Part shown: in pieces, positions 1 through 8,270 of the stretch
Position numbering within the stretch: position 1 is the first letter of the stretch
How the letters are laid out: every line of letters begins with the position of its first letter
NCBI GenBank assembly: GCA_963662665.2
Contig: CAXXJS010000024.1
Span: forward strand, 1 to 27,081
DNA length: 27,081 bases
Source: Candidatus Latescibacterota bacterium
GTDB taxonomy: Bacteria; Latescibacterota; UBA2968; GCA-2709665
Direction of reading: 5' to 3'
The notes under the pieces: model-generated
What the model was told of the DNA's origin: nothing
The model's input: only the letters and a program-made list of their open reading frames with translations
Database searches by the model: none
Made by a program: the position numbers and the translations under genes

Positions 1-795
1 ATTCCGTCGGCCGGGAATGCCGGCGGGGCGACCGCGGCCTACGCGGCGCTTGCGGGGCTGCCTGCGAATATCTTCATGCCGGCGGATGCCCCGGTTGCGA
101 ACCGTGTGGAGTGCCGGCAACTGGGTGCGCATCTGACGCTGGTGGACGGACTGATTTCCGATTGCGGGAGGATGGTGGCCGAGCGAAGGGCCGATGAGGG
201 CTGGTTCGACGTTTCAACGCTTAAGGAGCCGTACAGGGTAGAAGGCAAGAAAACGATGGGGTATGAACTTGCCGAGCAGTTGGGCTGGGAATTGCCGGAC
301 GTCGTGCTCTATCCTACCGGCGGCGGAACCGGCCTGATCGGGATGTGGAAGGCATTTGACGAAATGGAAGAAATGGGGTGGATCGGCCCGGTCCGGCCCC
401 GGATGGTGGCCGTACAGGCCGCAGGCTGTGCGCCTGTCGTCAGGGCATTTGAGGCGGGCGCCGAGTCGGCCGATCTGTGGATAGGCGCCGAAACCGTCGC
501 CTCGGGTCTTCGGGTACCGGGTGCAGTGGGCGACTTCCTGATGCTTCGAGCCATTCGGGAGAGTCGCGGGACGGCTGTTGCCGTCACCGACGAAGCGTTA
601 ATGGCATGCGTCAAGGAAATGGCTTCTGCTACCGGAATTTTTCCGGCGCCGGAGGGAGCGGCTACGCTGGCTGGCCTGAAACAACTCATCGCAAAGGGGT
701 GGATTTCTTCCACGGACCGGGTCGTGCTATTCAATACCGGGACCGGGTTGAAGTACCTTGAGGCAATTGAAGCGGCGAGTTCCGGGAATTGCTAA
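1..795 (+). CDS. thrC: Threonine synthase (PLP fold type II), 5'-truncated by the window edge
   Basis: Frame is open from base 1 (IPSAGNAGGATAAYAALAGL...). Motifs SAGNAG, YRVEGKKTMGYELAEQLGW, YPTGGGTG, PEGAA and FNTGTGLKY are typical of threonine synthases. Confidence 0.85.
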   Translation: MPSAGNAGGATAAYAALAGLPANIFMPADAPVANRVECRQLGAHLTLVDGLISDCGRMVAERRADEGWFDVSTLKEPYRVEGKKTMGYELAEQLGWELPDVVLYPTGGGTGLIGMWKAFDEMEEMGWIGPVRPRMVAVQAAGCAPVVRAFEAGAESADLWIGAETVASGLRVPGAVGDFLMLRAIRESRGTAVAVTDEALMACVKEMASATGIFPAPEGAATLAGLKQLIAKGWISSTDRVVLFNTGTGLKYLEAIEAASSGNC

Positions 796-828
796 CGACA
801 AATGCGCAGGTCAGGAGGTGCCGGGCCG

Positions 829-1218
829 ATGCTGAGACGGGAGATCGGGAAATTCCAGAGTTTCGTTCTTGAGGCGGGGGATACGGTCGTGGTGATGGGA
901 AACCTGAAAGCCCACGCGGAATTCCTCGAGCGGTTCGGGTTCAGCAAACACCCGGAAACAGGCGAGTACGTAGGCACGGGGGCCAATCTCTACGCAATGG
1001 CGCCGGACGACTTTTACGATAGATTCAGCGCCCGTACCGGCGCGGATCCGGAACTGACCGCGCAGGCGTACGACGGAGAGGATTTCTACCATATCGACGG
1101 TCTGCCTCTGGCTGGCGTGAATGCCAACGGCGACCCCGGCATACAAGGGATTACGGCGGTGGATCTCGAAACGCGGACCTACATCGAGCAAGGAGTAGCG
1201 AACTTCAGGGTTGGTTAG
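829..1218 (+). CDS. Hypothetical protein (~129 aa)
   Basis: ORF 802-1218; AGGAGGT RBS at 813-819 favours ATG 829. Directly follows thrC. No recognisable motif. Confidence 0.7.
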   Translation: MLRREIGKFQSFVLEAGDTVVVMGNLKAHAEFLERFGFSKHPETGEYVGTGANLYAMAPDDFYDRFSARTGADPELTAQAYDGEDFYHIDGLPLAGVNANGDPGIQGITAVDLETRTYIEQGVANFRVG

Positions 1219-1344
1219 CAGTCCGTTGGAAGAGTCGCTCTGCAGGCGCGGCCGCGTCGAATCGGGGATTCGGGGAGGGAGCGCAACGCAGTCATTCGGC
1301 CACAAGGGCCGGACGCAGCCCGGATGGACTTTGTCAACGGGCTG
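1219..1344. mobile_element. 126-bp MITE-like element with 18-bp imperfect terminal inverted repeats and TTAG flanking direct repeats
   Basis: Left end CAGTCCGTTGGAAGAGTC (1219-1236) matches the reverse complement of the right end (CAGCCCGTTGACAAAGTC, 1327-1344) at 14/18. TTAG lies at 1215-1218 and 1345-1348. Confidence 0.55.
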
Positions 1345-1356
1345 TTAGGCTCGTGA

Positions 1357-1405
1357 GCCGTTTCGACCGGCGCACTTCGGCAGGCCGTTTCGACAAGCTC
1401 AGTGC
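1357..1405. repeat. REP-like TTCGACAAGCTCAG element, partly duplicated
   Basis: GCCGTTTCGAC at 1357-1367 and 1384-1394; GCACT (1372-1376) can pair with AGTGC (1401-1405). Resembles the widespread CTTCGACA(A/G)GCTCAG intergenic repeats. Confidence 0.4.
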
Positions 1406-1610
1406 AAGCAGCACACGATGACTTTGTTTCCACACTCTCAATGCAAGGAGCGCTGCGGAACGGGATGTGTCCGCGGAAGAAAAATGGCGTGATTCCTGAA
1501 CAAAACGCGGCGCTGAACAGCCGTTAGATGCGCACGACAATAGAGGGGTACCCGCCGTGTTGCGAATGTAGACAACGGGGCGTACTTCATATGCCATGCT
1601 CATGGCAAAA

Positions 1611-2936
1611 CTATGCGTTCAGGTATTCGAGCGTATGCGAGGCGGCCCGATTGCCGCTCTCCACGGCGCTTTCCACGGTGGCCGGCAGACCGGTGTCGGT
1701 CCAGTCTCCTGCAATGAAGAGACCAGGCGCCGCAGTGCGATTGGGCGGGGGTGAGTGGCCCGGGGGAAGCGCGAACGTTGCCTGTCGTTCACGCACAACC
1801 AGATGGCGCTCCAGAGGTATCTCTCTGGTTTCGGGCAGAAACGTATGCAGGTCTTTCAGTGCTGTTTCCACGAGTCTGTCATCCGGCTGATCAACCAGCC
1901 CGTGGGCGGCGCTTGCAACCAGGGTAACGTGCCCGGGTGACGCCTGGTCCCGACCGTTGTAGAGCATCGGTTTGTTGAATATCCAGTCCATTCGGCCCTT
2001 TAGGAGGCCGATGAAGGGCCTGGTGAGAAACGGCCGCCTGAACCAAAGGTTCACCGAAAGGATTGGCGACGGATGGAAGGCACGCAAACGTGCTTTGAGG
2101 GTTTCGAAGCCATCCGGCAGCAGGCGGGACAGTGCCGGCGGCGTGATCGCGCAGATAGCGGCATCCGCCATCACAGTTCTGCCCGACTTAAGCCGGATAC
2201 GTATCCTGTTGTTTCCGGTAACGCGCAGTTCCGCGGCGGCTTCGCCAACGTGGCACGCGCCGCCGTGCCGCTGAATGAAAGTACTTGCCGCGCCGGTGTA
2301 CATCGTGCTGAGTCCCACGCCGGCGTAACCCATCAGGGTTGACTCGGAGCACCCGAAGAACGCCAGTTTCAGTACGGACTTCAGATGTTCGGCCGGGGCC
2401 GCATCCGGTTGTTGATTCAGCGCGGAGATGCAGAGCGGATTCCAGAAGGCCTGCCGGATGGCTGGAGATTGCCTGCACTCCTCCAGCCATTCATTCACGG
2501 AAAGGCCGGATGGCGCGGGAACCCTGAGGGCCGATCTCACGTGACGCAGCCGAACGACGTCTCCGATGGCGACCGGCCTGTAACGCATAAAACCTGCCAG
2601 CAGATTGAGTGGAGGCGGGAGCAACCGGGGAAACGAAAGTGCGGTGCGCCCCGAGTCGGGATGGATAAAATCCAGACGGAATTGTTCCTGAAAACGCATG
2701 CGGTCGGCGGCGCCTATGGTTTCCAGGAACTCCCGGGTCTTGACGTAACATTTCATAAACAGGTGCTGGCCGTTGTCTACGGTATCGCCCGTATTGCGAT
2801 CGGTAAACGAATAGGCCCGGCCACCCAGGTGCTTCCTGCGCTCAAACAGGCTGACATTGCAGGTACCGCGTTCCACGAGGCGAACACCCGCAGCGAGACC
2901 GGCGAAGCCGCCGCCAATTACAACTACGTTACCCAC
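1611..2936 (-). CDS. hpnE: Hydroxysqualene dehydroxylase HpnE (FAD-dependent)
   Basis: N-terminal GGGFAGLAAG FAD motif, LGGRAYSF, DNGQHL and C-terminal AGDWTDTGLPATVESAVESG. GTG start overlaps the end of hpnD. Confidence 0.9.
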   Translation of the reverse strand: MGNVVVIGGGFAGLAAGVRLVERGTCNVSLFERRKHLGGRAYSFTDRNTGDTVDNGQHLFMKCYVKTREFLETIGAADRMRFQEQFRLDFIHPDSGRTALSFPRLLPPPLNLLAGFMRYRPVAIGDVVRLRHVRSALRVPAPSGLSVNEWLEECRQSPAIRQAFWNPLCISALNQQPDAAPAEHLKSVLKLAFFGCSESTLMGYAGVGLSTMYTGAASTFIQRHGGACHVGEAAAELRVTGNNRIRIRLKSGRTVMADAAICAITPPALSRLLPDGFETLKARLRAFHPSPILSVNLWFRRPFLTRPFIGLLKGRMDWIFNKPMLYNGRDQASPGHVTLVASAAHGLVDQPDDRLVETALKDLHTFLPETREIPLERHLVVRERQATFALPPGHSPPPNRTAAPGLFIAGDWTDTGLPATVESAVESGNRAASHTLEYLNA

Positions 2937-3793
2937 GGCGACTTCTCTCGTATTCCGATCCGGCTGCGAAGGCAGAGGTCCAGTGCGATGCCCAGCTTTT
3001 TCAGATTGTTCACGCGAATCGGATATTTATAGACGTTATAGTTGACCGCTTCGATACGTCTGAGAAGATGGCTGTAGATGCGACCCATGATTTCTGCGGA
3101 AAAGAGGCTCCGCCGATCTTCTTCCGGCAGGCATTGCGCCGCCTTTTTGTAATAGCTCCACGCGCGTCCGCATTGGAATTGCATCAGGTTGCGAAACCCG
3201 GACGTGGAGATCCCTGCGAATAGATCCTTTTCCGGGTAGTTGAAACGTCTCAGGTCCTCCTGAGGCAGATAGATACGATCTCTCAATGCATCGGTCTTGA
3301 TGTCTCGGAGGATGTTGGTGAGTTGGAAGGCAATTCCGAGATTGACGGCATAATCCTGAGACGACCGCCTGGTGTAGCCGAAAATTTCGATGCATATGAG
3401 ACCGACGATCGAGGCGACACGGTAGCAATATTCGTACAGATCGCCGAAGGTCTGGTAGCGATTCTTGACAAGGTCCATCTCCACGCCGTCGATCAGCTTC
3501 AGAAAGTGTTCTTGCGGGACTTTGAAGTGCTTCAAGGATTTGTACAGGTTGGTCGTAATCGGATGACGTGGCCTTCCGTCGAAGCAGGCGTGGGTTTCGG
3601 CGCGCCAGTGGGAGAGGTTCCGGGCGGCGGATTTACGTGAAGCCGCGTCGTCAACCAGGTCGTCGGTGTATCGGCTGAAGGCGTACGTGGCGAAGATGGC
3701 GTCTCGCTTGGCTCTGGGAAGAAATACGAAAGCGTAATAAAAGTTGCTGCGCGCCTTGCGCACGAGCGCCGCGGTGTAGGATTTGATGTTCAT
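2924..3793 (-). CDS. hpnD: Presqualene diphosphate synthase HpnD
   Basis: SNFYYAF, DDLVD, YCYRVAS and QLTNILRDIKTD..RDRIYLP motifs; lies between hpnC and hpnE. Confidence 0.88.
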   Translation of the reverse strand: MNIKSYTAALVRKARSNFYYAFVFLPRAKRDAIFATYAFSRYTDDLVDDAASRKSAARNLSHWRAETHACFDGRPRHPITTNLYKSLKHFKVPQEHFLKLIDGVEMDLVKNRYQTFGDLYEYCYRVASIVGLICIEIFGYTRRSSQDYAVNLGIAFQLTNILRDIKTDALRDRIYLPQEDLRRFNYPEKDLFAGISTSGFRNLMQFQCGRAWSYYKKAAQCLPEEDRRSLFSAEIMGRIYSHLLRRIEAVNYNVYKYPIRVNNLKKLGIALDLCLRSRIGIREKSPWVT

Positions 3794-4719
3794 AGCGGAA
3801 GCATCCGGGGATGTTCGCCCCGATGCATATTCCGGAAGAGGGCCCGGAAGAACAGGCCTGGAAGATCCCTTTTTTCGATCTTCGGGCGATGCCGGAAAAT
3901 ATCGTACCCCCCTGTTCGGATCTTGTCGAGGATTCTCAATCCGCCCAGCCAGGTCAGCCTGAGTTCATATTTGAGTCGTCCCGAAACCAGATCCGGCAGT
4001 TCGGACCCGGTTTGGAAGAGCGCTCTGGTGCGATCGATTTCGAGGGCCAGCAGGTCCTTGAAGCCGTCTGAGAGCCGTCTTTCCGCCAGATCACATTCAG
4101 TCACGCCGAAACGGGCCATGTCGTCCTGGGGCAGGTAGATGCGGCCCCGGGAAAAGTCGATTGCGATATCCTGCCAGAAGTTCGCCAGTTGCAGTCCGGT
4201 ACAGATCAGATCCGAAAGATATCGGCGGCGGTCGTCCCTGTAAGCGAAAAGATGCAGAATGAGGCGGCCGACCGGCGCGGCGGAGTACCTGCAGTAAGCC
4301 AGCAGGTGGTTGAACGTCCGGTGCCTGTGCGTGACCACGTCCAGTTTGAATGCATGAATCAGGTCGTTCAGATGTTCACGAGGAATCTGTTGCGACCTGA
4401 TCGTTTCCGCGAGGGCGGTCAGTATGGGGCCGTCGGGCGATTCCAGACACGTGTCCAGTTTCGCTTCCCATTCGTCCAGCCGCTCCATGCGTTCGTCGGG
4501 AGCCAGGCCGGGTTCATCGGCCAGGTCGTCGGCAGTACGCGCAAATGCGTAAATGCTGTAGACGTGAGGCCGTATCCTGGCGGGAATCAGGCGGGAACCC
4601 ACCGGGAAGTTTTCGTAGTGGCTCCTTGTAAGGGATTCGCAGTACGCGAACGCGGCGTTGAGCGCCCTTCCGGAGGACGCATGCGGTCGGGAGGTCACCG
4701 GTCTGGTATAGGTGTCCAT
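3790..4719 (-). CDS. hpnC: Hydroxysqualene synthase HpnC
   Basis: HYENFPVGS, FARTADDLADE, YCRYSAAPVGRL and LQLANFWQD motifs; ATGA overlap with hpnD. Confidence 0.9.
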   Translation of the reverse strand: MDTYTRPVTSRPHASSGRALNAAFAYCESLTRSHYENFPVGSRLIPARIRPHVYSIYAFARTADDLADEPGLAPDERMERLDEWEAKLDTCLESPDGPILTALAETIRSQQIPREHLNDLIHAFKLDVVTHRHRTFNHLLAYCRYSAAPVGRLILHLFAYRDDRRRYLSDLICTGLQLANFWQDIAIDFSRGRIYLPQDDMARFGVTECDLAERRLSDGFKDLLALEIDRTRALFQTGSELPDLVSGRLKYELRLTWLGGLRILDKIRTGGYDIFRHRPKIEKRDLPGLFFRALFRNMHRGEHPRMLPL

Positions 4720-4817
4720 GAATATAAAGATAATTGAAAATATGCGACTTCGCCACCGGTTTGTATTTGTGCAAATCTGGTATTGAGAGGTCCGTTGGAA
4801 TACAGGGAGACTGTTGA

Positions 4818-5429
4818 ATGACCGATCGAACGCGGCCGGCCGCCAGCCCTCGCGTCATCCCTCCGGCGGGTAGTGATGAGAGGTATCACCAGGTCCACGT
4901 CTATTACGGGTTCGGGAAGGGAAAGACGACGTGCTGCGTGGGCCTGGCAATCCGTGTTCTGGGCGCAGGCGGACAGGTCTCCATGGTACAGTTCGACAAG
5001 GGGTACGACGGAGAAGCCGAGCACTACTCGGAACGCCACGTTCTAAGGGAACTGGACGGCATCGAATTGTATCCGACGGGATGTGAGCGCATGATGCAGG
5101 ATGGGACGTTTAGATTCGGAGCGGAGCATCAGGACATCGAGGAAGCCCGGCGCGGACTCGAGACAGCACGGCTGCTGTTGCGGGAAGGCCGGCAGGATCT
5201 GCTGATTCTGGATGAGATTCTCGCGGCGGTCGCCTATGGTCTTCTCCAGCGGTCGGACGTGATGGAACTGCTGGACCTGTACGACAGTGACCGCCGGTGT
5301 GAACTGGCGCTTTCAGGTCACAAGGTGTGGGACGACCTGCTCGAACGGGTCGATCTGGCGACGGAGATGCGCAAGGTGAAACACTATTATGCGCGGGGTA
5401 TTCCGGCACGGAAGGGGATCGAGTTCTGA
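4818..5429 (+). CDS. cobO: Cob(I)alamin/cob(I)yrinate adenosyltransferase (CobA/CobO/BtuR family)
   Basis: Short P-loop GKGKTT, VQFDKG, LILDEI and C-terminal TEMRKVKHYYARGIPARKGIEF; GGGAG RBS upstream. Confidence 0.85.
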   Translation: MTDRTRPAASPRVIPPAGSDERYHQVHVYYGFGKGKTTCCVGLAIRVLGAGGQVSMVQFDKGYDGEAEHYSERHVLRELDGIELYPTGCERMMQDGTFRFGAEHQDIEEARRGLETARLLLREGRQDLLILDEILAAVAYGLLQRSDVMELLDLYDSDRRCELALSGHKVWDDLLERVDLATEMRKVKHYYARGIPARKGIEF

Positions 5430-5610
5430 TTGCCAGGAGCGTGCGCGTCGAGGCGGCGGCGAGGCCCGTCTGATTGAGTCGGATTCGTGCCGTCGGCAAA
5501 CGGCCGGTTACCCGTGGAGTGCGACAGGTATGGGAAAAGTGTTTGTTTCGGCCTGTTCACGCGTTTATCTTGTGCTACGTTTCGGGTCACGCGACGTTCT
5601 GACGACCAAC

Positions 5611-5650
5611 AAAGCAGACCCCCGGATCTTTCTTCCAGAGGTCTGTTTTT
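5611..5650. terminator. Possible bidirectional intrinsic terminator
   Basis: AAAGCAGACC (5611-5620) pairs with GGTCTGTTTT (5640-5649), with an A-tract before and a T-tract after. Confidence 0.35.
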
Positions 5651-5938
5651 GGCTGAATTCAGGTCTACTCAGTTTCCGTAAAAACGCGTTCAGGAAGTGC
5701 CATCTGCTCCCCTGTGTGTCCGGGTTCTCCGAACATGCTCGCGGACGGCGTCGAAGTCCTGGCGGCGGGAAATCCGAACGCTTCCCCGCAGATCCGGCAA
5801 GGTCCGGTTCAGCCAATCATGCGAGACCACAACTCGCGGTGCTCCGGCTGGGTTGCGGCGGTTCGCCCGTGGGTTCCGGAACGCGGAGCTTGACAGCGGT
5901 ATGGCCGGATCCGTCCTTTGGAAAGGAGGGCGTACAAT

Positions 5939-6733
5939 TTGTACAGCGAACATATCTTCGGAGGCTTGGACGGCCGGGATCGGTCGGGTAAACCCCGCGA
6001 TCAGGGGTTGACCATGGTGGTGGACTGGGGTCTTGGGTCGGGGGCGCAGTCCGATTTAATGGAGACTGCGGCCCCTTTTTTTGATTTTGCGAAGGTGGCC
6101 GTCGGCATTTCCAGGCTGCTGGCCAACGACGTGCTGACTGGCAAAATTGAGCGTTATCTGAACCATGATATCGAACCGTTTCCGGGTGGGCAATATCTGG
6201 AGTATGCCCAGGTGCGAGGCAAGGCGGACCTGTATTTTCCCGCTGTGGCCGCAGCCGGTTATCGTTGGGTCGAGGTGTCGGACAACCTGGCTGTGGTGTC
6301 ACACGAATGGAAGCTGAAAATGATCCGGAGGGCAGTAGAAGTACATGGTCTTAAGGTGTTGGGTGAAGTGGGGCAGAAGGAGGGGCTTGACGTGGGCATA
6401 CCCCTGGCGGATGACGTGAAGGCGTGTCTCGACGCAGGGTCCCGAATCGTCCTGTTGGAGGCGGCAGAACTGGTCGACACCGATGTCCGCAAGGCAAGGC
6501 AGGTCGAGCACGCCGTGGAGACCGCGGGCCTGGAAAACGTCATGTTCGAATTGCCGGGGCCATGGATCTCAGGTGTGAACCCGCACCACGTTCACCAGAT
6601 GCGGCGAAGCCTGGTGGACCGGTACGGTCCGGAGGTGAATCTGGGCAATGTGCTGCCCGACGATCTGATGACGTTGGAAGCGTATCGACGGGAACTGGGC
6701 GTCAATGCGGGTAGCGCCGAGGATGAGGAGTGA
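5939..6733 (+). CDS. comA: Phosphosulfolactate synthase (ComA family)
   Basis: KPR..GLTMVVDWG, DFAK, FPGGQYLE, VEVSD, GEVGQK, LLEA, VMFELP, GPEVNLGNV and LEAYRRELG match ComA. AAGGAGG RBS at 5923-5929 favours TTG 5939. Confidence 0.85.
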   Translation: MYSEHIFGGLDGRDRSGKPRDQGLTMVVDWGLGSGAQSDLMETAAPFFDFAKVAVGISRLLANDVLTGKIERYLNHDIEPFPGGQYLEYAQVRGKADLYFPAVAAAGYRWVEVSDNLAVVSHEWKLKMIRRAVEVHGLKVLGEVGQKEGLDVGIPLADDVKACLDAGSRIVLLEAAELVDTDVRKARQVEHAVETAGLENVMFELPGPWISGVNPHHVHQMRRSLVDRYGPEVNLGNVLPDDLMTLEAYRRELGVNAGSAEDEE

Positions 6734-6736
6734 TCG

Positions 6737-7927
6737 ATGAGACTGATGGACACGGTTGCCGGGATTGAGGTCGACGACGAGTTTCCATGCAGCAGCGCGG
6801 GAGAGATGCGCATCACGGCCAACGGCTGCTATGAAATCGGCTACCAGCCCGAGGAGATTCCCCGGTGGTTCCAGGACCTGCTCGATGAATTATTCGCCGG
6901 GGCCGGGGTACCTAAGGAATACATGGCTCACGTGCGTGTGCGCAACACCGGCGATGCGCCGCGGCGTGTGAAGCTCCTATTTCTGTTTAGCGGAAAGGGG
7001 TCCAAATACATGTATCCGCCCTGGTGGGTGTGGCGGGAAGACTCGGGTTGGGCATGGTTGCCGCGGGAAGACGCGGATTATCGGGAGCATGAATATATGG
7101 AAGCGTCAGTGGAGGTCCACCCGGCGGAAACGGTTCGTATTGCGTCGGCGCCTTATGAGGCGCCCGATACGGTATTTGAGAAGGCGAAGCGGCTGGCCGA
7201 GTATTCTGAAATCTGGACCTGTCGCGAGATAGGGACTTCCGCCCGCGGGCGGGCGCTTCCGGTACTGGAATCGCCGCCGCGGGAAATGAAACTGCTGGTG
7301 GATGCAACCATGCAGTCCTGCGAGCCGGTTTCATGGGGCATTATGCACGTCGCCCACTGGTTGACCATCCCAACGGCACGGGCCCAACGGCTCCTGGAGA
7401 ACGTGCAGTTCTGCCTGATGCCAATGCTGAATCCGGATGGCGTCTACGCCGGCCACAGCGTTACCAATGCGGTGGGCGAGGTGCCCAAGTTCGGAATCAA
7501 CAACCTCGTTGAAGGCAAGGGCGCTTCCCGGGAAACAGAGGCCCTGTGGAATTATCTGCTGGACACCCGGCCGGATGCCTCAATTGAGGTACACGCCCAT
7601 TTTACCCGGGAGGGATTCACCCGGAGCATCGGAATGCACGATAAAGATTCCATGCCGGAACAATTGCGTGCAAAGGGCGCCTTCGTAGAGGAGGCGATCG
7701 CGGAGAATTACCACGTTCAGCCGCTGGAGAACCGGCGCGTACTGATTGATCCCCGACAGCCGGAACTCAATGTATACGGAGACCGGTACGTGAGCGAACA
7801 CGCGGGCACCATCCGCACGTTTCTGCAGGCCGTTCCCGATAGCATCGAGTCCCACTGCGCCGACGTGAGAGAAATGACGGAGACCATTGCAAACGCGCTG
7901 ATTTCGTGGAAGGCGCAGCGCGCATAA
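6737..7927 (+). CDS. M14 zinc-carboxypeptidase-fold protein with atypical active-site motifs
   Basis: IGTSARGRAL, MPMLNPDGV, ETEAL and IEVHAH match M14 core segments, but HxxE reads QSCE. Starts 3 nt after the comA stop. Confidence 0.7.
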   Translation: MRLMDTVAGIEVDDEFPCSSAGEMRITANGCYEIGYQPEEIPRWFQDLLDELFAGAGVPKEYMAHVRVRNTGDAPRRVKLLFLFSGKGSKYMYPPWWVWREDSGWAWLPREDADYREHEYMEASVEVHPAETVRIASAPYEAPDTVFEKAKRLAEYSEIWTCREIGTSARGRALPVLESPPREMKLLVDATMQSCEPVSWGIMHVAHWLTIPTARAQRLLENVQFCLMPMLNPDGVYAGHSVTNAVGEVPKFGINNLVEGKGASRETEALWNYLLDTRPDASIEVHAHFTREGFTRSIGMHDKDSMPEQLRAKGAFVEEAIAENYHVQPLENRRVLIDPRQPELNVYGDRYVSEHAGTIRTFLQAVPDSIESHCADVREMTETIANALISWKAQRA

Positions 7928-7971
7928 GCGTCCGCCAGGGTCGCGCGACCTGGGGAACCGGGCAAAGGCCC

Positions 7972-8234
7972 GTTAACCCCAATTCAAAAAAAAACAGCAA
8001 CTCGGCGACGCGACGAAAGCCCCTGAAACGGGGCGAAACGGTCGTCCAAAAGGACGTTTTTTCAGTTCACGTCCAGTGACGTGGTGTATCCTGGTAATCA
8101 GAAGTTAACCCCAATCTGAAAAAAACAGCAACTCGGCGACGTGACGAAAACCCCTGAAACGGGGTGAATCGATCGTCAAAAAGGACATCTTTTCAGTTCA
8201 CGTCCAGTGACCTGGTGTATCCTGGTAATCAGCC
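7972..8234. repeat. Tandem direct repeat, 132 bp + 131 bp, each unit delimited by GTTAA
   Basis: Copy 1 is 7972-8103, copy 2 is 8104-8234, and a third GTTAA lies at 8235. About 14-15 differences by manual alignment (~89% identity). Confidence 0.9.
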
Positions 8235-8270
8235 GTTAAATCACCTTTATCCACTTGCCTTGATTCGATT

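Noticed and set aside
1-795. Cysteate synthase (a ThrC homolog) linked to comA
   Set aside because: Motifs fit ordinary bacterial threonine synthase-like proteins, and the gene is 5 kb away in a separate transcription unit.
5430-5938. Possible cobalamin riboswitch or ORFs (5389-5991 and others) near cobO
   Set aside because: No B12-box consensus seen on either strand, and the ORFs have no RBS or protein-like composition.
8009-8047. Hammerhead-ribozyme resemblance in the tandem repeat (GACGA...hairpin...GAAAC...GTC)
   Set aside because: Core reads GCGACGA/GTGACGA rather than CTGANGA, extra As precede stem II, copy 2 has GAAT instead of GAAA, and no stem I can form.
7972-8234. CRISPR array or DGR template/variable repeat next to the RT
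   Set aside because: Units are contiguous 132-bp copies without spacers, differences are not adenine-specific, and the RT sits within clear group II intron RNA boundaries.
8247-8255. DnaA-box-like TTATCCAC (also at 17554-17562)
   Set aside because: Isolated 8/9 matches with no clustering or oriC context.
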